Source: Burkholderiales bacterium (GTDB lineage: Bacteria > Bacillota > Clostridia > Christensenellales > SZUA-584). Taken from it: 64,000 bases of DNA. The DNA lies in NCBI GenBank assembly GCA_050260375.1, contig JBLNCA010000007.1, positions 1,597-65,596 of the forward strand, read 5' to 3'. Below are positions 55,196 to 63,890 of the stretch, piece after piece. The stretch's first letter is position 1. Every line of letters starts with the position of its first letter. The translations under genes and the position numbers were made by a program. The notes beneath the pieces were generated by a model. The model did not search any database. It saw only the letters and a list, made by a program, of their open reading frames with translations, and was not told where the DNA came from.

Positions 55196-56056
55196 ATGGA
55201 GGATCGATTTTCCGGGGGTTCCGTGTACAGTGAAGCCCGCATACTGATAGCCGGGCTGGGGCTTATAGGCGGCTCGGCTGCCAAAGCGCTTAAAAAAGCC
55301 GGTTACGATAATCTTTACGGGTTTGACAGCGACAGCAGCGTAATAAGCAGCGCGGTAAACGAAGGCGTGCTGCTCGGCGGGTATACCGATATAAGCAAGC
55401 TGCCCGAATCCGACCTGATTATATGCTGCCTCCCCCCCGCCGCCGCAGCCGGGTTTTGCCGGAGCGCGCAAAGCCGCCTTAGGGACGGAGGCGTATTCGC
55501 GGAGATGGGCGGCATAAAAAGCGGCGTTATAGACGACATGGCTTCCGCGCTCGAAGGAAGCCGCGAGCTGTTATCGCTGCACCCTATGGCGGGCAGGGAG
55601 AAATCGGGGTACGGGCACTCTGACCCGGAGCTAATGCGCGGCTCGGTGCTGATATTCACACCGACAAAGAAGACGCGCATAAGCGCGCTTATGTGGGCGA
55701 GCATACTGCAAAAGGCATTTGGCTGCAGCGACATACGCGAGCTGTCCGCAAGGCGGCACGACGAGGTGATAGCGCGCGTCAGCCACCTGCCGCACATAAT
55801 AGCGCTTGCCATAAAGGCTATGGAGGACGACGACGTTTTGCAGCCGTTCGCGGGCGGCAGCTACAAATCGGCTACGCGCGTTGCGGGCCTTAATCCAGCG
55901 CTGTGGACGGAGCTGTTTTGGAGCAACAGGGACAACATACTGAAAAGCATATCGCAGTTTAAGGAATCGCTCTCGAGGCTTGAAGAAGCGCTGGGAGAAG
56001 GCGACGAATCAGTGCTTAACGCACTTATAAAGGAGACATCAAAAAGCGAGGAATGA
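55196..56056 (+). CDS. tyrA: Prephenate dehydrogenase
   Basis: 286 aa. ILIAGLGLIGGSAAKAL dinucleotide fold and SLHPMAG motif. Confidence 0.85.
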   Translation: MEDRFSGGSVYSEARILIAGLGLIGGSAAKALKKAGYDNLYGFDSDSSVISSAVNEGVLLGGYTDISKLPESDLIICCLPPAAAAGFCRSAQSRLRDGGVFAEMGGIKSGVIDDMASALEGSRELLSLHPMAGREKSGYGHSDPELMRGSVLIFTPTKKTRISALMWASILQKAFGCSDIRELSARRHDEVIARVSHLPHIIALAIKAMEDDDVLQPFAGGSYKSATRVAGLNPALWTELFWSNRDNILKSISQFKESLSRLEEALGEGDESVLNALIKETSKSEE

Positions 56057-56057
56057 C

Positions 56058-57173
56058 ATGGAAATATTGAACATAGATATTGGGCGAAACAACTACAGCG
56101 TGTATATAGAGCGCGGCTTGATCCGGGACGTTCCCGAATTTCTAAAGCTTAAGTATCCGAACAGCCGTTTCGCGGTGATAACGGACACAAACGTACGGGA
56201 TATATACGGCAATAAGCTCTCGGCGGGGCTCGATGCGGCCGGCATAAAGCACAACGTTATAGCGCTGCCTCCCGGCGAGAGTACGAAGAGCTTGAAGAAT
56301 TTTTCGCATATACAAAGCCGCCTTGCGCAGCTTGAGTATACGCGCACCGACCTGATAATCGCATTGGGCGGAGGCGTAGTTGGCGATTTGGCGGGGTTCG
56401 CGGCGTCCGCTTACCTGCGCGGCATACGCTACGTGCAGATACCTACGACGCTGCTTGCGCAGGTAGACAGCTCGGTGGGCGGCAAGACCGCAGTAAACAT
56501 TCCCGAAGGCAAAAACCTCGTGGGCGCGTTCCATCATCCCGACGCGGTATATATAGACCCGGACGTGCTGGCAACGCTCGGCGGAGAGGACTTCGCTGGC
56601 GGCATGGCCGAGGTGATAAAATACGGCTTCATAAAAGACAAGGCGATACTTGAAACTCTCGAAGAGGAGTATATAACCGCGCATTCGCCCGAGCTCGGCG
56701 CGCTCGTTAAGCGCTGTCTCGAGATAAAGCGCGATCTCGTCGAGGCGGACGAAAAGGACAGGGGCGAGCGCATGCTTCTTAACTTCGGCCATACCATAGG
56801 GCACGCTCTAGAGCGCGTATGCGCGAAAGGCGGAAGACGTATTACGCACGGGCAGGCGGTCGCGCGCGGCATGGCGTCGATAACCAAAGCGAGCGAGCGC
56901 ATGGGACAGACGAAGCTGGGCACGGCGGCGTATATCATTCACCTGCTGCACAAGTACGGGCTCCCCTGCTGTCTCGGCGGTTTCGACACGCAGCAGATAC
57001 TCGAGGGCATATTCGTTGACAAGAAAAACATAAACGGCAAGCTGAATCTCGTGCTGCTCCGCGAGCCGGGCGTATCGTTCATCCATCCGATAGACAAAAA
57101 CGGCATGGCCGAATACATTGCCCCAAAAAGCCTCCCGGCTTTTATAGGGGCTGATGTTAGGGACGGCGTATGA
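56058..57173 (+). CDS. aroB: 3-dehydroquinate synthase
   Basis: 371 aa. LGGGVVGDLAGFAA, PTTLLAQVDSSVGGKT, FGHTIGHALE. The C-terminal tail overlaps a repeat-like hairpin. Confidence 0.9.
   Translation: MEILNIDIGRNNYSVYIERGLIRDVPEFLKLKYPNSRFAVITDTNVRDIYGNKLSAGLDAAGIKHNVIALPPGESTKSLKNFSHIQSRLAQLEYTRTDLIIALGGGVVGDLAGFAASAYLRGIRYVQIPTTLLAQVDSSVGGKTAVNIPEGKNLVGAFHHPDAVYIDPDVLATLGGEDFAGGMAEVIKYGFIKDKAILETLEEEYITAHSPELGALVKRCLEIKRDLVEADEKDRGERMLLNFGHTIGHALERVCAKGGRRITHGQAVARGMASITKASERMGQTKLGTAAYIIHLLHKYGLPCCLGGFDTQQILEGIFVDKKNINGKLNLVLLREPGVSFIHPIDKNGMAEYIAPKSLPAFIGADVRDGV
57116..57150 (+). repeat. Family-1-like hairpin inside the aroB 3' end
   Basis: TACATTGCCCCAAAAAGCCTCCCGGCTTTTATAGGGG. Confidence 0.5.
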
Positions 57174-58432
57174 ATATCACCGTATTTCCTTCAACGCTCG
57201 GCGGCGTTTATACCGCTCCCCCGTCCAAGAGCGCGGCGCACCGCGCGGTGATAACCGCGGCGCTCGCCCGGGGCCACAGCGTAATAGAAAACGTCGATAT
57301 GTCGAGCGACATCACGGCTACAGCGGGCGCGTGCGAGGCCCTTGGGTGCTCTGTGAACATAGAGCCGTCGGGCAGGTACAACAAGCTGCATATCGAAGGC
57401 GGCATGAGCATCAAAGGAGAAGCGCATATTGACTGCGCGGAGTCCGGCTCGACGCTGCGCTTTATGATACCCGTTGCGTGTACGCTGGAAGGCCGCAAGG
57501 CTTTCTTTGGGCGCGGGCGGCTGCCCCAAAGGCCGATCGGCGAGTATATACGCATATTTGACGAGCAGGGCCTGCGTTACAGCAAGCCGGAAGACTTAAA
57601 TCTCCCCCTCTCCGTCTCGGGCACATTGAGGAGCGGCGAATACGTAATAGACGGCGGAGTGAGCTCGCAGTATATAACGGGGCTGCTGATGGCGCTGCCT
57701 CTGCTCAGCGGAGCTTCAACGATAACGGTAACGGGCAGCTTCGAATCCAAAGGCTACGTCGACATGACGCTTGCAACGCTGAAAGGGTTCGGCGTGGATA
57801 TAGAACGGCGCGGCAGCACCTATATAATAGAAGGAAACCAGTCGTACAAGCCGCGTTGCATTTCTATAGAGGGCGATTACTCGCAGGCGGCGTTTTTCAT
57901 GGCGGGCGCGGCGCTTTCGGGAGACTTAACGATAGAAGGCTTGGGTGCCCGTTCGTTGCAGCCCGATCGCGCCATAGTCGACATACTGCGGCGCATGGGC
58001 GCGGATATCGAACAGGCGGGCGGCGCGCTCCGCGTAAGGCAGTCAAAGCTTCACGGCGCGGGCATTGACGTGTCGCAGTGCCCCGACCTCGTGCCGCCGA
58101 TAGCTGCAGCAGCGGCGTTCGCGCATGGCGTAACGCACATAACGGGCGCGGCAAGGCTGCGCATAAAGGAATCCGACAGGCTGAGAGCTTTAAGCGTCAA
58201 CCTTAACAATATAGGCGTTGAGACAATCGAGCGCGAGGATTCGCTCGTTATAAACGGAGGCGCGGTGCGCGGCGGAAAAATAGACTCGCTGGGCGACCAC
58301 CGTATAGCGATGGCGTTTGCGATAATGGCGCTGCGCAGCGAAAGCGGAGTGACGATAGAAGGGGCGGAATGCACCGCAAAGTCGTACCCCGCGTTTTTTG
58401 AAGAACTGAAAGCTTTGGGAGGGCGCGTATGA
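57170..58432 (+). CDS. aroA: 3-phosphoshikimate 1-carboxyvinyltransferase (EPSP synthase)
   Basis: 420 aa. PPSKSAAHRA, ESGSTLRF, DHRIAMAFA. ATGA overlap with aroB. Confidence 0.9.
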   Translation: MNITVFPSTLGGVYTAPPSKSAAHRAVITAALARGHSVIENVDMSSDITATAGACEALGCSVNIEPSGRYNKLHIEGGMSIKGEAHIDCAESGSTLRFMIPVACTLEGRKAFFGRGRLPQRPIGEYIRIFDEQGLRYSKPEDLNLPLSVSGTLRSGEYVIDGGVSSQYITGLLMALPLLSGASTITVTGSFESKGYVDMTLATLKGFGVDIERRGSTYIIEGNQSYKPRCISIEGDYSQAAFFMAGAALSGDLTIEGLGARSLQPDRAIVDILRRMGADIEQAGGALRVRQSKLHGAGIDVSQCPDLVPPIAAAAAFAHGVTHITGAARLRIKESDRLRALSVNLNNIGVETIEREDSLVINGGAVRGGKIDSLGDHRIAMAFAIMALRSESGVTIEGAECTAKSYPAFFEELKALGGRV

Positions 58433-59502
58433 GCGTTTGGGGAAGAAGTATAACGGTGGACATATTCGGGGAATCTCACGGCGAGGCGATAGGCGTCGTG
58501 CTTAGCGGCTTAAAGCCCGGCTTTAAGCTCGACATCGAAAAAATACAGGCGATGCTGGATAGGCGCAAGGCGGGAGGCGAAACGTGGTCCACAAAGCGCG
58601 GCGAGGCCGACAGATTCAATATCGTAAGCGGCGTGCTTAACGGACGCACTACGGGCGCTCCGCTGTGCGCATTGTGCGAAAACAAAAACGCGCGTTCCGG
58701 CGACTACCCCGAAGGCCTGAACCGTCCCGGCCACGCCGACTATACCGCATATGCGCGTTACGGCGGCTTTAACGACGCGCGCGGAGGCGGCGCTTTCTCG
58801 GGCAGGCTCACCGCACCGCTCGTTTTCGCGGGCGCGGTAGCGGCGCAGATGCTCGAAGAAAAGGGCGTATACGCCGCGGCGCATATAAAGCGCCTTGCAG
58901 GAGTGGACGATGAGGCGTTCGATCAAACGAATATAACGCGCGAACTGGCGGACGCACTTAAAAGCTCTCGGTTCCCGCTTATAGACGTCTCGAAGCAACA
59001 TGAAATGGAAAGCCGCATAGCGCAGGCCGCGGCGGAAGGCGATTCTGTGGGCGGCGTAGTTGAATGCGCCGTATGCGGCTTGCCCGCGGGGCTGGGCGCG
59101 GAGTATTTCGGAAGCGTCGAGAGCGCGCTTTCCTCTATACTTTTTGCGATACCCGCCGTAAAGGGCGTATCGTTCGGCGCGGGCGCATCAATAGCGGATA
59201 TGCGAGGCAGCGAGGCAAACGACGAATATATAATCAGGGACGGAAATATTGCTGCGGTCACGAACAACAACGGCGGCATACTCGGCGGCATAACGAACGG
59301 CATGCCGGTGGTCTTCGACGTGGTGATAAAGCCTACGCCGTCTATAGCGAAGCCGCAGTGCACCGTCAACCTTAAAACTATGGAGCCGGAGACTATAGAG
59401 ATTAAGGGCAGGCACGACCCGTGTATCGTGCCGCGCGCCGTGCCCGTAGTGGAAGCGGCGGCGCTGCTCGCGATACTCGACATAATGGCCGGAGGTTTAT
59501 GA
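58429..59502 (+). CDS. aroC: Chorismate synthase
   Basis: 357 aa. FGESHGEAIGVVL, RPGHADY, GRHDPC motifs. 4-nt overlap with aroA. Confidence 0.9.
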   Translation: MSVWGRSITVDIFGESHGEAIGVVLSGLKPGFKLDIEKIQAMLDRRKAGGETWSTKRGEADRFNIVSGVLNGRTTGAPLCALCENKNARSGDYPEGLNRPGHADYTAYARYGGFNDARGGGAFSGRLTAPLVFAGAVAAQMLEEKGVYAAAHIKRLAGVDDEAFDQTNITRELADALKSSRFPLIDVSKQHEMESRIAQAAAEGDSVGGVVECAVCGLPAGLGAEYFGSVESALSSILFAIPAVKGVSFGAGASIADMRGSEANDEYIIRDGNIAAVTNNNGGILGGITNGMPVVFDVVIKPTPSIAKPQCTVNLKTMEPETIEIKGRHDPCIVPRAVPVVEAAALLAILDIMAGGL

Positions 59503-60623
59503 TGGGATACGACGAAGAGATAAGCGCACTGCGCTCAAAAATAGACGAGATAGACGCAAAACTTACCGCACTTTTCGAGCAGCGTATGGACGCAGTGGCC
59601 GAAGTTGCGAAAGTTAAGAGCGCCTACGGCAAAGAGATACTGGACAGCGCTCGCGAACGCGAGGTTTTAGAGCGGGCCGTCTCGCGGCTTGACAACAAGG
59701 GATACAGCGAGCAGATAAAAGCTTTTTTCCGTTCTATAATGGATATAAGCAAAATGTCGGAGGCAAGGCTGATGGCTCCCCCGCCCTCTTCCGCGCCCGC
59801 AAAGCGCGTGGGATACCTCGGCATACCGGGCTCGTTCTCGCACACCGCGGCGGAGGAAATGTACGGGCATTGCGAACTTATAAGCTACGATACGTTCGAC
59901 GCGATATTCGAGGGGCTTAAAAAGGACGAGATAAGCATTGCTATGCTTCCCGCCGAGAACACCGAAACTGGCAGCATAACTGCCGTCGTAGACCTGCTCG
60001 CTAAATACGGGTTTTATATAGTCGCGGAAAAGCTGCTCAAAGTGCGGCAGAGCCTGCTGGGCGTTAAAGGCGCAAAGCCGGGCGAGATAAAGGTCGTGTA
60101 TTCGCACTCCGAGCCGTTCGCGCAGTGCAGCGCGTTCCTCGCGGCGCGGCCCGGTATAGAGACTCGCCCCTCGTTAAGCACTGCGCAGGCCGCAAGCACG
60201 GTGGCGCAAACAGGCGACGCAAGCGTTGCGTGCATCGCGTCCTCGAAAGCCGCGCAAATCTATGGCCTTGAAGTGCTGGCAGAGAACATACAGAACAGCG
60301 ACGGCAACTGCACGCGGTTCGTGGCGGTAGCAAAGCAGCCCTGCAAAAGCGAAGAATGCGACAAGACAAGCATAGTGTTCATGGTGGAGCACAGGCCGGG
60401 CTCGCTGTGCGAGATATTAAGCATACTGCAGAAAGGCGGAGTCAACATACTGAAGCTCGAGTCCCGCCCGATAAAGGATAAGCCGTTCGAGTACATGTTT
60501 CACCTCGACTTTGAGGGCAGCATACACGACAAAGGCATAGCGGAGGCGATAGACAACTTAAAGAAAGCCGCCGCGGATTATATTTACCTCGGCAGCTACA
60601 AGCGCGAGACGAGGATGCCATGA
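59499..60623 (+). CDS. pheA: Bifunctional chorismate mutase / prephenate dehydratase
   Basis: The ATG at 59499 overlaps the aroC stop (ATGA). CM helix EEISALRSKIDEIDAKLTALFEQRMD, PDT region VGYLGIPGSFSH, C-terminal ACT region (TSIVFMVEHRPGSL). The upstream extension in the track overlaps aroC. Confidence 0.9.
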   Translation: MMGYDEEISALRSKIDEIDAKLTALFEQRMDAVAEVAKVKSAYGKEILDSAREREVLERAVSRLDNKGYSEQIKAFFRSIMDISKMSEARLMAPPPSSAPAKRVGYLGIPGSFSHTAAEEMYGHCELISYDTFDAIFEGLKKDEISIAMLPAENTETGSITAVVDLLAKYGFYIVAEKLLKVRQSLLGVKGAKPGEIKVVYSHSEPFAQCSAFLAARPGIETRPSLSTAQAASTVAQTGDASVACIASSKAAQIYGLEVLAENIQNSDGNCTRFVAVAKQPCKSEECDKTSIVFMVEHRPGSLCEILSILQKGGVNILKLESRPIKDKPFEYMFHLDFEGSIHDKGIAEAIDNLKKAAADYIYLGSYKRETRMP

Positions 60624-61951
60624 CCACCCCAAAAGCCTCACGGCATTCCCCAAATAGCTATATGAAAGCGGGATTGCTGGGCGAAAAGCTGTCGCACAGC
60701 CTGTCGCCCGCGATACATCAAAAGTTCTGGCGGCTGTCGGGCATCAAAGGAAGCTACGAGCTTTTTGAGTCGCGGCGCGATGGTATTGAGGCGCTTCTAG
60801 GCAGGCTGGAGCGTGAAGGCTATATCGGCATTAACGTAACGATACCTTACAAGACGGAGGTAATGAAGTACCTTAATGAACTGTCCCCCGAAGCCGAGGC
60901 GATAGGCTCGGTAAACACGGTAATGTTCCAAGGCGGCAGGCGGCTGGGGTACAACACCGACTACTTCGGTTTAAAGACGCTGCTCGATTCGTCGGATATC
61001 GCGATAGCAGGAAGAAGCGTCGTAATACTCGGCACGGGCGGCGCGGCGCGGTGCGCGTTGAAGCTTACACGGGATATGGGAGCGCAGAGCGTAATTGCGG
61101 TAAGCCGCTCGCCGGAGAACGCAGGAGTACCAGGAGCGGTAAGCTACGAAGCGCTCGATAAGCTCGACGGCATAGACGTGCTTATAAACACTACGCCCGT
61201 TGGCATGTCGCCCCATACGGACGGCTGCCCCGTTAGCGAGAGCGTGATAGGAAAGTGCGGCAGCGTCGTGGATCTCGTATACAACCCGGCTGAAACGAAG
61301 CTGCTTTCCAACGCGCAGGCTTTTGGCATTAAAGCAGTAAACGGCTTAGGTATGCTGTGCGCACAAGCCGTCAAGGCGCAGGAGATATGGAACGGACAGA
61401 TATACGGAAGCGATATATACGACAGCGTTTACAAGTACATGCTCCGCGTCGTTTATAAGCCGAACATAGTGCTGATAGGCATGCCGGGCAGCGGTAAAAC
61501 GACGGTGGGCAGGCTGCTTGCAGACTGGCTCAACATGGAGTTTATCGACACGGACGCTATGGTGGAAAAGGAGCACGGCCCAATACCCGATATATTCAAT
61601 GCCGAGGGCGAAGAAGCGTTCAGGGCATACGAGCGCGAAGCGGCAAAGAAGGCCGCAGCGGCACACGGCGCCGTGATATCCACAGGCGGGGGCATAATAC
61701 TTGACGGGCGCAATATGTACGCGCTTAAGGAAAAAGGCACCGTAGTGTTTCTCGACCGGCCGCTTGAGGCGCTGCTTAAAGATACTGATACGTCGGGGCG
61801 GCCGCTGCTCGCGGGGGGCAAAGACGCCATCGCCGAGCTTTACAGGCAAAGGCACGGGCTGTATAAAAAGTACGCCGATATAATAACCGACAACTCATAC
61901 GGCGCGGAGGGCTGCGCTCGGGAGATAATTGAAGCTTTGGAGGACATGTGA
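60620..61951 (+). CDS. aroE: Fused shikimate dehydrogenase / shikimate kinase
   Basis: 443 aa. AroE part (LGEKLSHSLSPAIH, ILGTGGAAR) followed by an AroK part (IVLIGMPGSGKTTVGR...DTD). The start is either the ATG at 60620 (ATGA overlap with pheA) or the ATG at 60662. Confidence 0.85.
   Translation: MTTPKASRHSPNSYMKAGLLGEKLSHSLSPAIHQKFWRLSGIKGSYELFESRRDGIEALLGRLEREGYIGINVTIPYKTEVMKYLNELSPEAEAIGSVNTVMFQGGRRLGYNTDYFGLKTLLDSSDIAIAGRSVVILGTGGAARCALKLTRDMGAQSVIAVSRSPENAGVPGAVSYEALDKLDGIDVLINTTPVGMSPHTDGCPVSESVIGKCGSVVDLVYNPAETKLLSNAQAFGIKAVNGLGMLCAQAVKAQEIWNGQIYGSDIYDSVYKYMLRVVYKPNIVLIGMPGSGKTTVGRLLADWLNMEFIDTDAMVEKEHGPIPDIFNAEGEEAFRAYEREAAKKAAAAHGAVISTGGGIILDGRNMYALKEKGTVVFLDRPLEALLKDTDTSGRPLLAGGKDAIAELYRQRHGLYKKYADIITDNSYGAEGCAREIIEALEDM
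60623..60651 (+). repeat. Degenerate family-1-like segment at the pheA/aroE junction
   Basis: ACCACCCCAAAAGCCTCACGGCATTCCCC shares the CACCCCAAAAGCCTCACG left half. The right arm is decayed. Confidence 0.4.
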
Positions 61952-62385
61952 TGAAAATACTCGTGATAAACGGGCCCAACATCAATCTGCTGGGCATAAG
62001 GGAGCCGGAAGTATACGGCAAAAGTGACTATAATGCGCTCGTCGCTTCTCTGGACTCGCTTGCGCGCGAGCTCGGCGTGGCTATAGACGTATGGCAGTCG
62101 AACATAGAAGGCGAAATAGTCACGAAGATACAGCAGGCAAGGGACGAGTACGACGGCATAGTGATAAACCCCGGGGCATACACGCACTACAGCATAGCGC
62201 TGCTCGACGCGCTGAAAGCCGTAAATCTGCCCGCTGTGGAGGTGCATCTATCCAACATCGCCGGGCGCGAGGATTTCCGGCACATGTCCGTGACCGCCGC
62301 GGGCTGCATAGGTCAGATTTCCGGCCTTGGGTTCGATTCATACCGCCTCGCCGTCGAAGGGCTTGTAAGGTATATAGAGCGTTGA
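61948..62385 (+). CDS. aroQ: Type II 3-dehydroquinate dehydratase
   Basis: 145 aa. ILVINGPNINLLGIREPEVYG and INPGAYTHYS motifs. Confidence 0.9.
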   Translation: MMKILVINGPNINLLGIREPEVYGKSDYNALVASLDSLARELGVAIDVWQSNIEGEIVTKIQQARDEYDGIVINPGAYTHYSIALLDALKAVNLPAVEVHLSNIAGREDFRHMSVTAAGCIGQISGLGFDSYRLAVEGLVRYIER

Positions 62386-62388
62386 CGC

Positions 62389-62431
62389 AGAAAGCATAAC
62401 TTTTCCAAATAGAAAGGTTATGCTTCTTTTT
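62389..62431 (+). terminator. Intrinsic terminator after aroQ
   Basis: AGA(A)AGCATAAC ... GTTATGCTTCT stem with one bulge, followed by TTTTT. Starts 4 nt after the aroQ stop. Confidence 0.7.
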
Positions 62432-62498
62432 GAGCAAGGAAATTTTATACTTCCATCGCAACATCCGGCAATGAGTCTTTTTTTCGCATTAACGTCTG

Positions 62499-63143
62499 TT
62501 ATCCATCCCTTCTGCCGGCAGAAAAATACCTTTCCAGTAAAAAGCATATGGGTGCAAAAACGATACACCATGCCAAAAGCGCGAAAGCACCGCCAAGGTT
62601 TGCACTTTGGACGTTCTTCGCCGAACCGAATAACGGCAGCGCTGGAAAAAGAGCGACGGGAATCGCAAGCGCTCCATGAACGATAAGCAGAATCCTTATC
62701 TTCCCCGCCAAACCCTTCCCTCTGAAAAGAAAAGACGCAGCAAGGGTAGACAGCGCCAGGAATGTATACCCCAGCATATCGACCGCGAACAACCATGTCC
62801 CGGGGATAAACTCGATAAGTTGAAGGGATTCCCCTGGAACCAGCCCTAACCGAACAACGGTTAACTGAGAATAATATACCAGGCATATGTAAACCGCGTA
62901 TATGATTGCGAATGAAACGGTAAGCCTCCCCCATAGCTTATGCTTAAGGCCAGCTATGGCGTATAGAGAGTTTGCGACGACCACGAATGAAATAGCAAGT
63001 ATAAAACAGACAACAAACTGAAACATGATGGTCGGAGTTGCGAAATTCAGTATTATTAACAGCCCGAACAGCACCGTGCAAATACCTGCAACCAGGGATG
63101 AAATTTTTCCTGCTTTTGATATGGTTCCAATATCCTCAGACAA
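62499..63143 (-). CDS. Hypothetical polytopic membrane protein
   Basis: About 6 TM helices; no family recognised. The TTG at 63143 is 8 nt after GGAGG. The track start (63158) is a TTG that is itself part of that SD. Confidence 0.6.
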   Translation of the reverse strand: MSEDIGTISKAGKISSLVAGICTVLFGLLIILNFATPTIMFQFVVCFILAISFVVVANSLYAIAGLKHKLWGRLTVSFAIIYAVYICLVYYSQLTVVRLGLVPGESLQLIEFIPGTWLFAVDMLGYTFLALSTLAASFLFRGKGLAGKIRILLIVHGALAIPVALFPALPLFGSAKNVQSANLGGAFALLAWCIVFAPICFLLERYFSAGRRDG

Positions 63144-63487
63144 GTAAAGCGCCTCCAATCATTATATAAAGTAACATTATGTGCCTATTGTAGCATATCA
63201 GTTAACTTTTTCCAATAGATAAGAAATTTCCGTGTGACCGCAGCGGCAGAGGAATACGCAAGGAAAGTATATGCTTCCAGAATTGTGCGCGGAAAAATAT
63301 GTGGTTACATAAGCGGATTACCGGGTGGGCAATCTCCATAAAAATGATGTGATTTCAGAAAAGTTATACTTCCATTAACGGAAATTTTATGAGTTCTGCC
63401 ACAAGCGTAGCAGCGAAGAATAATGCTCCCCCGGCTTTCATATGAAGACTAAGCCCTTTAATACTGGCATCGCCTCAAGGCGTACGT

Positions 63488-63770
63488 TATAGGCTTCACC
63501 TTTACACACCCCTCATTCGCTTTGCGCCACCTTCCTCTGTTCATAATAGTCGTCTGCCGTCACTATCGTTCGGCATTCTCCTTTATTCACAGAGCCTCCG
63601 GCTCGCTTCATCGCTCACTGAGCGCGCTTGCCTTCGGCTCCCCCGAGGGAAGGCTTACTTTCATCAATTTTACGCGCTCTTATAGGCTTCTCCTTTACCC
63701 ACCCCAACGAACTTTGTTCGCCGGGGGTCCCTGAAGGAGAAGCTGTCGCCGATAGGCGACTGATGAGGTG
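63488..63770 (+). repeat. Composite repeat region (family 2 halves, nested family-1-like unit, direct repeats)
   Basis: Direct repeat TATAGGCTTC[A/T]CCTTTAC[A/C]CACCCC at 63488 and 63680. Nested hairpin GCTTCTCCTT (63686-63695)/AAGGAGAAGC (63734-63743) around CCCCAACGAAC-ttt-GTTCGCCGGGG. GTCGCC-gata-GGCGAC (63745-63760), then TGATGAGGTG. Confidence 0.7.
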
Positions 63771-63847
63771 TTAATAAAATCAACGAATACCCCTCAGAGC
63801 TTAGGCTCTTTAGAGCCCTCGGTACTATCGGGGGACATATGCAATAA

Positions 63848-63870
63848 GAGGGCGGCTAAAAACCGCCCCC
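63848..63870 (-). terminator. Possible terminator after the partial gene at the window end
   Basis: The minus RNA reads GGGCGG-uuuuuag-CCGCCC followed by UCUUAUU. It lies 20 nt after the TAA TAG stops. Confidence 0.4.
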
Positions 63871-63890
63871 TGCACCCTGCAACAATTCTA

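Noticed and set aside
62396-62420. Imperfect direct repeat TAACTTTTCCAAATAGAAAGG (62396-62416) versus TAACTTTTTCCAATAGATAAG (about 63203-63223) flanking the hypothetical membrane-protein gene, as possible insertion-site duplication.
   Set aside because: The match is AT-rich, low complexity and needs two indels. One copy is simply the loop of the aroQ terminator. No integrase or mobile-element gene is present. It is too weak to call.
63741-63790. A CUGAUGAG box (63760-63767) preceded by GUC and a hairpin, and followed by GAA, resembling a hammerhead ribozyme core.
   Set aside because: Hand threading fails. Two extra nucleotides separate the would-be stem I from C3. Stem II would be only 3 bp (GUU/AAC). 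The sequence after GAA cannot pair with the bases before GUC to form stem III. The box is better explained as the reverse complement of the CACCTCAT repeat box.
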